Positions 51,509 to 62,023 are shown, counted from the stretch's first letter. The stretch: DNA of 64,000 bases from an uncultured Methylophilaceae bacterium (GCA_903899965.1 CAIULB010000030.1:89489-153488); one strand, 5' to 3'. A program made the numbers and translations. Notes: generated from the letters alone by a model not told the origin.

Positions 51509-51673
51509 ATGAATCAACAATCAGAAGATAGCCAGTCATCATTGAGTCTTTTGGAAGAAACCATGGCTAAAACCTGTTTCTGTAAACTTCGCGAGACCTG
51601 CCCCGATAAAACAAGCCATGAATGCTTAAAAGAGCGCAATATCTACAAAGAGTTTATGGAGAAGCGGTCTTAA
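51509..51673 (+). CDS. speculative small ORF (54 aa) with four Cys
   Basis: Own translation: MNQQSEDSQSSLSLLEETMAKTCFCKLRETCPDKTSHECLKERNIYKEFMEKRS. Below the ORF-track length cut-off. Weak SD at the first ATG; GGAAGA precedes the internal ATG at 51563. Confidence 0.25.
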   Translation: MNQQSEDSQSSLSLLEETMAKTCFCKLRETCPDKTSHECLKERNIYKEFMEKRS

Positions 51674-52209
51674 TTAAAAGTTTTCAATACCGCAGGAATA
51701 AGCGTAAAGCTTCCTGCATCGTGCGTCACTAGCATTTCGTCATCCTGAATCGTGCAGCTGATATTCATGTTTCTCGTGGCTGCACCAGCTAACTCTTCAG
51801 TGTTTGGTAAGTTAATCACAGTTAAATTATCGAGTTTGAGTAGCGCCTTGCTGTTCTGATCCCACCACATATCTGCAGTACGACCGCCATACAGCACTAA
51901 GGCAACTTGGTTTGAGCGACCACAAGCTTTGCGAAGAACGCGTTCATCAGGCAAGCCAACTTCTATCCATAGCTCAATCGCGCCTGTTAAATCTTTTTGC
52001 CATAGGTCAGGCTCTTCATCATCACTCAAGCCTTTGCCAAAGGCGAGTGAGTCGCTTGCAAACAATGCAAAAGCAATTAATCTGACCATTAAGCGTTCTT
52101 CTGTCTCGGAAGGATGTCTTGCAAGCGTTAAGCTATGAGCAGCATAGTAGTTGCTGTCCATGTTAGACACTTGCAGGTCGGCTTTGTAGATGGTGGATTT
52201 TAGTGCCAT
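51670..52209 (-). CDS. yaeQ: YaeQ family protein
   Basis: MALKSTIYKADLQVSNMD..YY....LTLARHPSET.ERLMVR..AFAL matches the YaeQ N-terminus. Confidence 0.88.
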   Translation of the reverse strand: MALKSTIYKADLQVSNMDSNYYAAHSLTLARHPSETEERLMVRLIAFALFASDSLAFGKGLSDDEEPDLWQKDLTGAIELWIEVGLPDERVLRKACGRSNQVALVLYGGRTADMWWDQNSKALLKLDNLTVINLPNTEELAGAATRNMNISCTIQDDEMLVTHDAGSFTLIPAVLKTFN

Positions 52210-52586
52210 GGTGATTTTTTCTCTGCATCCATGTCGGATTTCTTTGTGCTAGTTTTCTTTGCGGATTTTGTGCCTGTTGGCTTAATGCCCGCGCCACTGC
52301 GACGGTTTGGTTGACCTTTGCCGCGCACTTTAGGGGCTTTGACTTTAGGTGGCTTGATTTCAGCATTGGGATCTATGCTGATTAATATGCGCTTACCTTC
52401 GCACTCGATGATTTGGCCTGGTTTAATCTTTGCTGTTTTGCGCAACTCTAGTTCGCCATCTACTTTAACTAAGCCCTCAGCTACCATGGCTTTGCCTCGC
52501 CCACCGCTATCGGCAAGGTCCACCAGCTTAAGCAAATTGCATAGTTCAACGTATTCAGTATTTATTATAAATTCAATATCTTGCAT
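52200..52586 (-). CDS. S4-like RNA-binding protein (YbcJ family) with a Lys-rich C-terminal tail
   Basis: The first ~70 aa (YVELCNLLKLVDLADSGGRGKAMVAEGLVKVDGELELRKTAKIKPGQII) parallel E. coli YbcJ. A Lys/Pro-rich tail of about 58 aa follows. Confidence 0.75.
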   Translation of the reverse strand: MQDIEFIINTEYVELCNLLKLVDLADSGGRGKAMVAEGLVKVDGELELRKTAKIKPGQIIECEGKRILISIDPNAEIKPPKVKAPKVRGKGQPNRRSGAGIKPTGTKSAKKTSTKKSDMDAEKKSPWH

Positions 52587-52634
52587 TATATTTTCTTAAG
52601 TAGTAGATGAGGTTTTTTCTGTGCTTATAACTAT

Positions 52635-53567
52635 TTATTCTTGCTGTTTTTTCTTAATGACTTTACCAATGTGCGCTTCGCCACGTTTTTTGGCTAGTGC
52701 TATTTGTTTTTGGCGCTCGGTCACGCTGATGCGTTTTTCTTCGGTGAGTTTATTAAAGCAATGTGGGCATGAAATACCAGCGATATATTGTTCGCTTTGC
52801 ATTTCATCAGGGGAGAGTGGATGGCGGCAAGCGTGGCATTGGTCGTAATCGCCAATCTCTAGGCCGTGTTTCACCGAAACGCGTTGGTCAAACACAAAGC
52901 ATTCGCCTTCCCATAGACTTTCTTCTTTTGGGACTTCTTCAAGATACTTGAGGATGCCGCCTTGTAAGTGATAAACCTCTTCAAAGCCTTGCTCCATCAT
53001 ATATGAGCTGGCCTTTTCGCAGCGGATGCCACCTGTACAAAACATTGCGACTTTTTTATGTTGTTTGGTATCTAAGTTTTTGCTGACGTAATAAGGAAAC
53101 TCACGGAATGTTGTCGTCTTGGGATCAATGGCGCCTTTGAATGTGCCAATGTCATATTCGTAATCATTGCGTGTATCGATCAGTATCACATCAGGGTCGG
53201 AAATGAGTGCGTTCCAATCTTGAGGCTTTACGTACGTGCCCACCTTGTAATTCGGGTCTATGCCTTTCACACCTAAAGTCACAATCTCTTTTTTAACGCG
53301 AACTTTCATGCGATAGAACGGCATTTCATCTGCGTGTGATTCTTTATGTTCCAAATCGGCTAGGCGTGGATCTTCTTTGAGGTGGTGAATAAGCGCATCA
53401 ATATCAGCGCGACTGCCAGCGACTGTGCCGTTGATGCCTTCTTCAGCAAGTAACAGCGTGCCTTTGATGTTGTGCGCAACACAAAAGTCTAGCAAGTTTG
53501 GTTGGATGGCTTGGTAATCGGTTAGTTTTGCAAACTTATAGAGTGCGGCGACAATAAAATTGGGCAC
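52635..53567 (-). CDS. trhO: rhodanese-domain tRNA U34 hydroxylase TrhO (YceA/UPF0176)
   Basis: AALYKF, EGINGT, the rhodanese loop [11 protein letters not shown], and a C-terminal Cys cluster. Confidence 0.9.
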   Translation of the reverse strand: MPNFIVAALYKFAKLTDYQAIQPNLLDFCVAHNIKGTLLLAEEGINGTVAGSRADIDALIHHLKEDPRLADLEHKESHADEMPFYRMKVRVKKEIVTLGVKGIDPNYKVGTYVKPQDWNALISDPDVILIDTRNDYEYDIGTFKGAIDPKTTTFREFPYYVSKNLDTKQHKKVAMFCTGGIRCEKASSYMMEQGFEEVYHLQGGILKYLEEVPKEESLWEGECFVFDQRVSVKHGLEIGDYDQCHACRHPLSPDEMQSEQYIAGISCPHCFNKLTEEKRISVTERQKQIALAKKRGEAHIGKVIKKKQQE

Positions 53568-53624
53568 AAGATTCTTTCTTGGGTTGCTACATAAACAAGG
53601 TCGCTATGATAAGCCATGCAGGGC

Positions 53625-54242
53625 TTATTTTCTACGCAAATTGATGTGGTTGCTAATTAATGCTGTGGCTTGCGCGCGATAATGTTTATTATCTAAGTCT
53701 TTGACCCATAAATGAATGAGTCCGCTAAAGAATAAATGTGTGTCCATTGCGAGGATAGCAGGGGAGTCGGTAGGCTTTAGCTGGCCTTTGGTTTTTGCGC
53801 GCTCGTAGAGTTGTTCAATCTTTTTAGCAATACGCTCGCAGTTATATAAAGTTTGTTCGAGCACTGCCGAAAGCTCTTCTACGTATTCACATTTCACCAT
53901 TATAATTTCAAATGTTTGACGTGTATCAGAGGACTCATTGAGCGCGTCGATTGTACCGCTGAGGAATTTGCCGATTTGACCCAGCGGGTCGTCATTATTC
54001 TCAAGAAGAAGACTGTCATCCATTCTGTCGATGAGCGGAAGAAGAACTTGTTCTCTTAGGGCGCTAAAAATCTCTGTCTTGTTGCTGAAGTGCCAATAGA
54101 TAGCGCCTCGTGTAACCCCAGCCTGTGCGGCGATCTGCTCCATGCTGGTGCGACTTACACCGCGCGATAAAAATACCTCGCGCGCTGCATCAATGATGCG
54201 CTGCCTTGTTATTTCTGCATTCTCTTTGGTTTGTCTAACCAC
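53625..54242 (-). CDS. TetR/AcrR family transcriptional repressor
   Basis: N-terminal HTH (RTSMEQIAAQAGVTRGAIYWHFSNK); divergent from the RND operon. Confidence 0.88.
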   Translation of the reverse strand: MVRQTKENAEITRQRIIDAAREVFLSRGVSRTSMEQIAAQAGVTRGAIYWHFSNKTEIFSALREQVLLPLIDRMDDSLLLENNDDPLGQIGKFLSGTIDALNESSDTRQTFEIIMVKCEYVEELSAVLEQTLYNCERIAKKIEQLYERAKTKGQLKPTDSPAILAMDTHLFFSGLIHLWVKDLDNKHYRAQATALISNHINLRRK

Positions 54243-54325
54243 AGCTTATTGTTTCCAATTTAAAAGGCCATGTTTTTAATATTAACCCTTTGTAAATCAT
54301 GGTGTTTTTAATCGCTTAAAACACG

Positions 54326-54374
54326 TTTGCATACGGGCTTGTTTCTATATAATATACATACAACTTTGTATGTA
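54326..54374 (+). promoter_or_regulatory. candidate RND-operon promoter (TTTGCA...TATAAT) with an adjacent 20 bp palindromic operator
   Basis: TATAAT at 54348-54353. Perfect inverted repeat TACATACAA-CT-TTGTATGTA at 54355-54374. Confidence 0.5.
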
Positions 54375-54420
54375 AACAAGTGTTATCTGAATTATTCCCT
54401 TAAAAGACATGGAGTTAAAA

Positions 54421-55614
54421 ATGCCAACCTTATTTCTAAAACACAGCGCTAAACCAAGTTTTTCACATTTTCTTATAATTTGCGCAGTGACGAGCTTGGG
54501 ATTGGTTGCCTGTGGCAAAAAAGAAGAGGCCGCCCCACAAGGTGCTGGCATGGTCATGCCTGTGAGTGTTATTTCATTGAAATCAACTAGCGTGCCGATT
54601 ACCGCTGAAGCGGTGGCGCAAACGGAGGGTGCAAAAGAAGTAGAAATCCGCCCACGTGTTGGTGGCATTTTATTAAAGCGTATGTATGACGAAGGTGCTT
54701 CAGTAAAAGCAGGTCAAACCATGTTTTTGATTGATCCAGCGCCATACCAAATTGCCTTACAACAAGCCAAAGCGGCTTATTCCGCTCAGCAAGCAAGAGT
54801 TGAGCAAGCAATGCGTGAGGAATCGCGTTTGCGTGGTTTGTTGGCGAGCCAATCAATCAGTCAGCGCGAATACGACAACGCCACCAGTGATAAGGCAACT
54901 TCAGTCGCAAATCTTCAACAAGCGTTAGCAAACGTCAGAGAAGCGGAGCTCAACCTTTCATACACTAATGTGACTTCGCCATTAACAGGCGTTTCTGGTC
55001 GTTTCCAATTTTCAGAGGGTGCATTGGTTGCGCCCAATACAAGCTTATTAACAACGGTTTCTCAAATCTCTCCAATTTGGGTGCGCTTTAGCTTGTCTGA
55101 TAGCGAAATTAAGACGCTCGGTGGGCATTTAACAGAGAAAAATGTCAAAGAGGTTGCGATAGTGTTGCCTGATGGTAGTGAATACAAGCAAAAAGGTAAG
55201 CTTAATTTTTCAGCCAGCCAAATTGACCCTAAACTGGGCACGCAACAATTGAGAGCGACCTTTGAAAATAGCGAGCATCAATTATTACCAGGTCAGTTCG
55301 TGAGAGCGCGAATTACAACGGGCGTTCGTAATGGCGTATTCCTCATTCCGCAAACATCTGTATTAACGGGCGACCAAGGTAAATTTGTATTTGTCGCAGA
55401 TAAAGACAAAGAAGGCAAAGTGATTGCAGCAGTTCGCCTAATTAAAGAGGGTGGTTGGCTCGGTAATGATTGGGTAGTGCTTGAGGGATTAAAAGAAGGC
55501 GACCAAGTAATTGCGGATAACTTAATTAAGGTACGGCCTGGTGCGCCAGTGAATCCACATCCGTTTGGCACTGCGCCAGCAATGCCTGCCGATAATCCTG
55601 CTAAAGCGAAGTAA
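54421..55614 (+). CDS. RND efflux periplasmic adaptor (AcrA/MexA family)
   Basis: Lipobox LVACG and HlyD-type hairpin and barrel motifs. The ATG at 54421 follows GGAG. Confidence 0.92.
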   Translation: MPTLFLKHSAKPSFSHFLIICAVTSLGLVACGKKEEAAPQGAGMVMPVSVISLKSTSVPITAEAVAQTEGAKEVEIRPRVGGILLKRMYDEGASVKAGQTMFLIDPAPYQIALQQAKAAYSAQQARVEQAMREESRLRGLLASQSISQREYDNATSDKATSVANLQQALANVREAELNLSYTNVTSPLTGVSGRFQFSEGALVAPNTSLLTTVSQISPIWVRFSLSDSEIKTLGGHLTEKNVKEVAIVLPDGSEYKQKGKLNFSASQIDPKLGTQQLRATFENSEHQLLPGQFVRARITTGVRNGVFLIPQTSVLTGDQGKFVFVADKDKEGKVIAAVRLIKEGGWLGNDWVVLEGLKEGDQVIADNLIKVRPGAPVNPHPFGTAPAMPADNPAKAK

Positions 55615-55620
55615 TCGAAT

Positions 55621-58600
55621 ATGAAAAACTTCACACGATTTTTTATTACGCGGCCAATTTTTGCCTCGGTGTTATCTATCATTATTGTGCTAGCTGGCTT
55701 GGCGGCTGCATTTAAGCTGCCAATCGCACAATACCCACAAATTGCACCGCCAACGGTGACCATTACCGCGGTTTATCCTGGTGCAAGCGCCGATACTTTA
55801 TCTAAGACTGTTGCTGCGCCTATTGAAGAGCAGTTAAGTGGTGTTGATAACTTGCTTTATTTTAATTCTAGCGCTGACTCCAGCGGCACCTTAGTCATCA
55901 CGGCAACTTTTGAAATTGGCACCAACGTTGATCAAGCAACATTTAACGTCAGTAATCGCGTCAACATCGCAACACCACGCTTGCCCGACGAAGTGCGTCG
56001 TAATGGTTTGATTGTTCAAAAGAAATCGAATGATATTTTGCTTGTGGTAATGCTCACTTCGAAAGATAAAAACCATAACCGTCTATTTCTAAGTAACTAT
56101 GCCACGCTTAACGTGATGGATGAAATTAAGCGTGTTAAGGGTGTTGGGGATGCCACGATTTTTGGAGGACAAGATTATTCTATGCGTGTTTGGCTTCGTC
56201 CAGATCGCATGGCACAACTTGGCATTAGTACGATAGATATCTCTAACGCGATTACCGCACAAAATAATCAATATGCGGCGGGTAAGATAGGCCAAGACCC
56301 AGCGCCATCCTCACAGCAGTTGGTTTATACCGTCACAGCTAAAGGGCGTTTAATTGACCCTGAGCAATTCGGCAATGTCATTATCAAGGCTGATGGCCCT
56401 AATGGCGTTCTATATCTAAAAGATGTCGCACGAATTGAGCTCGGTGCTCAAAACTACAACGTGGCTTCAACGCTTGATGGCACGCCAGGTGTTGCGATTC
56501 CTATCTTCTTGCAGACAGGTGCTAACGCACTTGATACCGCTAAAAATATTAAACAAAAAATGGAAGAGCTAAAAGCTGGGTTTCCAGCCGGTATGCAGTA
56601 CACCATTCCTTACGATACTAGCGACTTTGTGAAGGCGACCATCAACGAGGTGTTCCATACCTTTGCAGAAGCTTTGATATTAGTGGTTTTGGTGGTGTTC
56701 TTATTCTTGCAAAGTTGGCGCGCTACGCTGATTCCTATCATTGCTGTGCCCATTTCTTTAATCGGTACTTTTGCTGGACTCTATCTGTTTGGCTTCTCGA
56801 TTAACTTGCTGACCTTGTTCGCCATGATTTTGGCGATTGGTATCGTGGTCGATGATGCGATTGTGGTGCTCGAGAATACCGAGCGGTTGATGACCGAAGA
56901 GAATATGGCGCCATTGCCTGCGGCTATTAAGTCGATTAGTCAGGTGTCTGCGGCCGTGGTGGCGATTGTCCTCGTGCTTTGCGCCGTATTCGTGCCAGTG
57001 GCATTCCAAGGCGGTATTGCGGGTGAGTTATATAGACAATTCGCGGTGACAGTAGCGATTGCTGTGGTGATTTCAGGCATCGTTGCGCTGACACTTACAC
57101 CAGCACTTTGCGCCATGATTTTGAAGAAATCAAATACTGAAAATGCTTTCTTTAGAAAATTCAATCATGGCTTCGGTCGAATGACTAATTTCTACACTAG
57201 CACAGTAAGCAAAACGCTTAAGCATAAAGTGGTTGGCGGTTTGGTTTTCGCTGTGATTGTGGCAATGGTTGCTGTGTTGTTTAGACAGGTACCAGGTAGC
57301 TTTGTACCTGCTGAAGATCAAGGCTATGTGGTGACTGTCGTCATCATGCCTGATGGCGCCACATTAAGTCGCACCTCAAAAACAACAGAAGCCATTAGAT
57401 CTGCGATAGCGCACGATCCAGCAGTGGCGCATGAGTTTGCGGTGAATGGTTTTGAATTGCTCACAGGTGCAAATAAAACTAACTCTGCGACCATGTTTGT
57501 GCGACTAAAAGATTGGAAAGAGCGCGAAACAAGTGCGACTGATATTGTGGGGAAATTATTTGGGATTGGTATGAGTCAGCCAGATGGCTTGGCTATTGCG
57601 GTTAACCCACCAGCAATTCGTGGCTTGGGCTCCGCTGGCGGCTTTGAAGTGTATGTGCAAAGTCAGCGCGATACTGACCCGATCAAGCTTGCAGCCGTGA
57701 TGAACGGATTTATTGATGCTATGCGTGCTGAGCCAACATTAACAGGCTTAAATTCATTCTTCCGCCCAACTGTGCCTCAGCTTTTAATCGAAGTGGATGA
57801 GGCAAAGGCGCTTTCACAAGGTGTCCTTATAGGGGATATTTATGCGACCTTGCAAAGCACGATGGGCGCTTTCTACGTGAACGACTTTAATCGTAATGGC
57901 CGCACTTATCGGGTGCAATTGCAGGCAGAGCCTGAGTTCCGCATGAACCCAGAGGACTTGGGTAAAGTTTATGTGCGCAGTCAACCAACGGTTGCGAATC
58001 CTAGCGGCAATATGATTCCTCTTTCAGCCTTAAGCAAGGTCAGTAATATCGTTGGTGCTGAGCAACTAGAGCGTTACAACGGCTTACTCTCTGCCAAAGT
58101 CTTTGGCAGTGGCGCACCAGGTGTGAGCTCTGGCGATGTAATTAAAACGGTTGAACGCATCGCTAAAGAAAACTTACCTGATGGCTACAAAATCGCTTGG
58201 ACAGGTCAAGCCTACCAAGAGAAGCGCACAGGCTCTGCTGCGTTACTCGCTTTCGGCTTCGCTATCATTATGGTGTTCTTGATTTTGGCGGCGCAATTTG
58301 AAACATGGGCTTTACCATTGGCAGTGATTATGGCGGTGCCATTTGCGCTTGCAGGTGCTTTGTTAGCGGTTCTACTGCGTGGTATGCCAAATGACATTTA
58401 CTTCCAGATTGGTTTAATTACCTTGATTGGCTTGGCAGCGAAAAATGCAATTCTGATTGTGGAGTTCGCCGAGCAAAAAATGGAAGAGGGGATGCCAGTT
58501 GCTCAAGCGGCGCTTGAAGCTGCTAGGTTGCGCTTTAGACCGATTGTGATGACCTCGATGGCTTTTGTGCTAGGCATTTTGCCATTAGTTGTTGCGACAG

Positions 58601-58776
58601 GCGCTGGAGCCGCAGCACGACGTTCTATGGGCACAGGTGTATTTGGCGGTATGATTTTAGCCACCTTCATCGCCACCATTTTTATTCCTCTATTTTTTAC
58701 TTGGTTAAGCGGAAAACACGTGAGACAGCATGGTCATGTTAGCAACGAAGAATCGCAAGAGAAAGAAGCCCAATGA
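55621..58776 (+). CDS. RND multidrug efflux permease (AcrB/MexB family)
   Basis: 1051 aa, 12 TM helices, starts FFI.RPIFA, has the VVDDAIVV.E motif. Confidence 0.97.
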   Translation: MKNFTRFFITRPIFASVLSIIIVLAGLAAAFKLPIAQYPQIAPPTVTITAVYPGASADTLSKTVAAPIEEQLSGVDNLLYFNSSADSSGTLVITATFEIGTNVDQATFNVSNRVNIATPRLPDEVRRNGLIVQKKSNDILLVVMLTSKDKNHNRLFLSNYATLNVMDEIKRVKGVGDATIFGGQDYSMRVWLRPDRMAQLGISTIDISNAITAQNNQYAAGKIGQDPAPSSQQLVYTVTAKGRLIDPEQFGNVIIKADGPNGVLYLKDVARIELGAQNYNVASTLDGTPGVAIPIFLQTGANALDTAKNIKQKMEELKAGFPAGMQYTIPYDTSDFVKATINEVFHTFAEALILVVLVVFLFLQSWRATLIPIIAVPISLIGTFAGLYLFGFSINLLTLFAMILAIGIVVDDAIVVLENTERLMTEENMAPLPAAIKSISQVSAAVVAIVLVLCAVFVPVAFQGGIAGELYRQFAVTVAIAVVISGIVALTLTPALCAMILKKSNTENAFFRKFNHGFGRMTNFYTSTVSKTLKHKVVGGLVFAVIVAMVAVLFRQVPGSFVPAEDQGYVVTVVIMPDGATLSRTSKTTEAIRSAIAHDPAVAHEFAVNGFELLTGANKTNSATMFVRLKDWKERETSATDIVGKLFGIGMSQPDGLAIAVNPPAIRGLGSAGGFEVYVQSQRDTDPIKLAAVMNGFIDAMRAEPTLTGLNSFFRPTVPQLLIEVDEAKALSQGVLIGDIYATLQSTMGAFYVNDFNRNGRTYRVQLQAEPEFRMNPEDLGKVYVRSQPTVANPSGNMIPLSALSKVSNIVGAEQLERYNGLLSAKVFGSGAPGVSSGDVIKTVERIAKENLPDGYKIAWTGQAYQEKRTGSAALLAFGFAIIMVFLILAAQFETWALPLAVIMAVPFALAGALLAVLLRGMPNDIYFQIGLITLIGLAAKNAILIVEFAEQKMEEGMPVAQAALEAARLRFRPIVMTSMAFVLGILPLVVATGAGAAARRSMGTGVFGGMILATFIATIFIPLFFTWLSGKHVRQHGHVSNEESQEKEAQ

Positions 58777-60191
58777 AATTAAAACACTTAATTAGATTGT
58801 CTGTAGCACTGCCAGCGTTAAGCTTGGTGGCTTGTCAGATGGTAGGCCCTGATTACTTTAGGCCTAAGCAAACATTGCCAGCGAGTTACCAAGAATCGCA
58901 AGCGTCGGATGCCGCAGAAGCGATGATTAATCAATGGTGGACGCTTTATAACGACGAGGTGCTTAATGACTTAATTTCAAAAGCCAGCAAAAACAATACG
59001 GACCTCAAGATTGCGGTGGCACGTATTGAAGAGGCTGATGGCTATATGCGTGAAGTTGGCGCAGCATTATTTCCTCAAGTGAATGCGGACTCAAGCGCAA
59101 GTCGCTACAAAGTCACAGAGTTGGGTGCAACGCCCTTATTTAACGGTATGAGTCCAACAACGAGCAACTATAACGTAAAATTAAGCACAACTTTTGAATT
59201 GGATTTCTGGGGCAAATTGCGCCGTGCGCAAGAGTCAGCCAAAGCTCAAGCTTTGGCCTCAAGATTTGCTAAAGATACGGTTGATTTATCGCTTAAAAGT
59301 TTGGTGACAGGTGACTACTTATTGCTACGCAGTTTGGAAGCGCAATTTGAGCTATCAAAAGCAAGCATGAAAAGCCGTGAAGAAAGCTTAGCATTGACTC
59401 AGCGTCGATTAGAAGGTGGTGTATCTTCAGCACTAGATGTGCATCAGGCTGAAGTGGCTTACAACAATCTTAAAGCACAACTGGCTGATTTAACACGCCA
59501 GCGGGCCATTATTGAGCATCAGTTGGCCGTGCTCGCAGGTGATTTAGATTTAAAGATTGCGGCAGGAGACATTCAGTCTTTACCTATCCCGCCCGTTCCG
59601 CCCGTCGGCTTACCTTCAACACTATTGGAAGCGCGTCCTGATGTGCGCCAAGCGGAGCAAAACTTAATCGCCGCTAATGCAAAAATCGGGGTGGCTAAAG
59701 CCGCTTTATTCCCAACCATTTCGCTTACCGCTGGTTTGGGTGGTGAAAGCAAAGATTTGGGCGACGTATTGAAATCTGCCGCTAGAATTTGGAATGGCGG
59801 CTTGAGTTTAAATCTTCCAGTGTTCGATTCTGGTCGTTTAAGTTCAAAGGTGGATCAAGCTTCAGCAGAGAAAAAGCAATTGTTAGCGAGCTATGAACGC
59901 GCTGTACAAAATGCGTTTACTGAGGTGAATGATGCTTTGGTGAATGTACGCCAAAACACAGAGCGTGAAGCAGCGCTTAACGCAAGTCAGTCATCTGCTA
60001 GCAAAGCATTGGAAATCGCAAATAATCGCTATAAGTCAGGCTACACAGGTTATTTGGAAGTGCTTGATGCGCAGCGCGTTTTTAACGATGCTTCATTAGC
60101 TTATGTGCAAAGTCGCCAAGCAAGGCTGACTTCAACGGTTGAGTTGTTTAAGGCACTCGGCGGGGGCTGGGTCGCAGTGGCGGTTAAATAA
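58773..60191 (+). CDS. RND efflux outer membrane factor lipoprotein (NodT/OprM family)
   Basis: Lipobox LSLVACQ, two OEP repeats, and a C-terminal LFKALGGGW. Confidence 0.93.
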   Translation: MKLKHLIRLSVALPALSLVACQMVGPDYFRPKQTLPASYQESQASDAAEAMINQWWTLYNDEVLNDLISKASKNNTDLKIAVARIEEADGYMREVGAALFPQVNADSSASRYKVTELGATPLFNGMSPTTSNYNVKLSTTFELDFWGKLRRAQESAKAQALASRFAKDTVDLSLKSLVTGDYLLLRSLEAQFELSKASMKSREESLALTQRRLEGGVSSALDVHQAEVAYNNLKAQLADLTRQRAIIEHQLAVLAGDLDLKIAAGDIQSLPIPPVPPVGLPSTLLEARPDVRQAEQNLIAANAKIGVAKAALFPTISLTAGLGGESKDLGDVLKSAARIWNGGLSLNLPVFDSGRLSSKVDQASAEKKQLLASYERAVQNAFTEVNDALVNVRQNTEREAALNASQSSASKALEIANNRYKSGYTGYLEVLDAQRVFNDASLAYVQSRQARLTSTVELFKALGGGWVAVAVK

Positions 60192-60461
60192 TTACTTTTT
60201 GAGTACTTCCTGAATTTTCAATGCAAGTACGATGGCTGAAAGCACTAAGGTAATAGCGTTGGCGATAATCACAGGCATGCTATGAATAGTTAATCCATAA
60301 AAGAACCAAAGTGCTACGCCCGTGGTGAAAAGGCTATACATTGGCAATGAGATGCCTTCAAGGTTGCGCGTTTTCCATGATTGATAAGCTTGTGGCGCAA
60401 AAGCAATGGTTGTGAGGAAGGCAGCGCTATATCCTAGGATATTGCTTAAGTCTTGAGACAT
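60192..60461 (-). CDS. SemiSWEET / PQ-loop family transporter (3 TM helices)
   Basis: 89 aa, three TM helices, PQ motif (FAPQAYQSWKT). Confidence 0.8.
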   Translation of the reverse strand: MSQDLSNILGYSAAFLTTIAFAPQAYQSWKTRNLEGISLPMYSLFTTGVALWFFYGLTIHSMPVIIANAITLVLSAIVLALKIQEVLKK

Positions 60462-60628
60462 ATTGTTCTTAATCTGTTTTAAACGAGCACAGATTAAATC
60501 ATGAGTAGTTAAATCACGGCTATACTTTTTTGGTCAAACAACTTGTCTTTGCTTCATCCTCAAAGGCTAGCATGATAAAATCCGCAATAAATCTTAATCA
60601 TTGAATTTAAGCAAAGATAATTAAAATA

Positions 60629-62023
60629 ATGACTGTTCGTACCCGTTTTGCCCCTAGTCCTACTGGTTTCTTACATATTGGCGGCGCACGTACCGCCTTA
60701 TTCTCTTGGGCTTACGCTCGCAAACACAAAGGTCAGTTCATTCTTCGTATCGAAGATACCGATGTGGCACGTTCAACCCCTGAAGCAGTAAAAGCGATTT
60801 TAGATGGCATGTCATGGTTGGGTTTGGAGTGGGATGAGGGTCCTTTCTACCAAATGCAGCGCATGGATAGGTACAAAGAAATTATCCAGAAAATGCTGAC
60901 TGAAGGTCATGCTTACCTTTGTTACTCAAGCAAAGAAGAATTAGATGCTTTGCGCGAACGTCAGATGCAGGATGGCGTAAAGCCACGCTACGATGGTCGC
61001 TGGAGACCTGAAGAGGGTAAGGTGCTTCCAGAAATTCCTGCTGGCGTTCAGCCAGTTGTGCGTTTCAAAAATCCAAAAACAGGATTGGTGGAATGGAATG
61101 ATATGGTTAAAGGCCATATTGCCATCTCAAATGAAGAGCTAGATGATTTGATTATTGCTCGCGGTGATGGTACACCCACTTATAACTTTTGCGTGGTGGT
61201 CGATGACTGGGAAATGGGTATTACCCAAGTGATTCGAGGTGATGACCATGTGAATAACACCCCTCGCCAAATCAATATGCTTAAAGCACTAGGTGCAACA
61301 ATTCCTCAATACGCCCACTTATCTATGATTTTGGGTGACGATGGTCAAAAGCTATCTAAACGTCACGGCGCTGTAGGTGTCATGCAATATGACGAAGACG
61401 GCTATTTGCCTGAAGCTGTATTGAATTATCTTGCTCGCTTGGGCTGGTCTCATGGTGATGATGAAATTTTCAGTATGGAACAATTCTGTGAGTGGTTTGA
61501 TTTAAACCATATTACGCCATCAGCAGCGCAATTTAATACTGAAAAATTGAACTGGATTAATGCGCATTACATTAAGCAAGCAGACTTAATAGTATTGGCT
61601 GCTGACATTCAAAAACGTCTTTTAGCAAAAGGCATCAAATCTGAAGGCGGTCCAGATTTGAATGGCGTGATTGCGCTTTATCGTGACCGTGCAAATACGC
61701 TTAACGACTTAGCTGCCAGCATTGAATACTTCTATAGCCAGCCTGTATTAGATGCAGCAGCGGCAGAAAAGCACTTAACACCAGACATTATGCCGATGAT
61801 GAAAACGATGCTTGCTGAGTTGGCTGATACTGATTGGACTGTTGAAGCAATTCATCATGTGATTGAGCAAACAGTCGTGAAAAATGAATTGAAGTTCCCT
61901 AAAGTAGCAATGCCGCTTCGTGTAATGGTTACAGGCGGCGGCCAATCTCCAAGTGTTGATGCGGTTATGCATCTGTTAGGTAAGGAAGAAACACTAAAGC
62001 GCATGTCCGCTTTTTGTGCTTAA
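60629..62023 (+). CDS. gltX: glutamate--tRNA ligase
   Basis: [17 protein letters not shown] (HIGH) and KLSKRHG (KMSKS). Confidence 0.97.
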   Translation: MTVRTRFAPSPTGFLHIGGARTALFSWAYARKHKGQFILRIEDTDVARSTPEAVKAILDGMSWLGLEWDEGPFYQMQRMDRYKEIIQKMLTEGHAYLCYSSKEELDALRERQMQDGVKPRYDGRWRPEEGKVLPEIPAGVQPVVRFKNPKTGLVEWNDMVKGHIAISNEELDDLIIARGDGTPTYNFCVVVDDWEMGITQVIRGDDHVNNTPRQINMLKALGATIPQYAHLSMILGDDGQKLSKRHGAVGVMQYDEDGYLPEAVLNYLARLGWSHGDDEIFSMEQFCEWFDLNHITPSAAQFNTEKLNWINAHYIKQADLIVLAADIQKRLLAKGIKSEGGPDLNGVIALYRDRANTLNDLAASIEYFYSQPVLDAAAAEKHLTPDIMPMMKTMLAELADTDWTVEAIHHVIEQTVVKNELKFPKVAMPLRVMVTGGGQSPSVDAVMHLLGKEETLKRMSAFCA

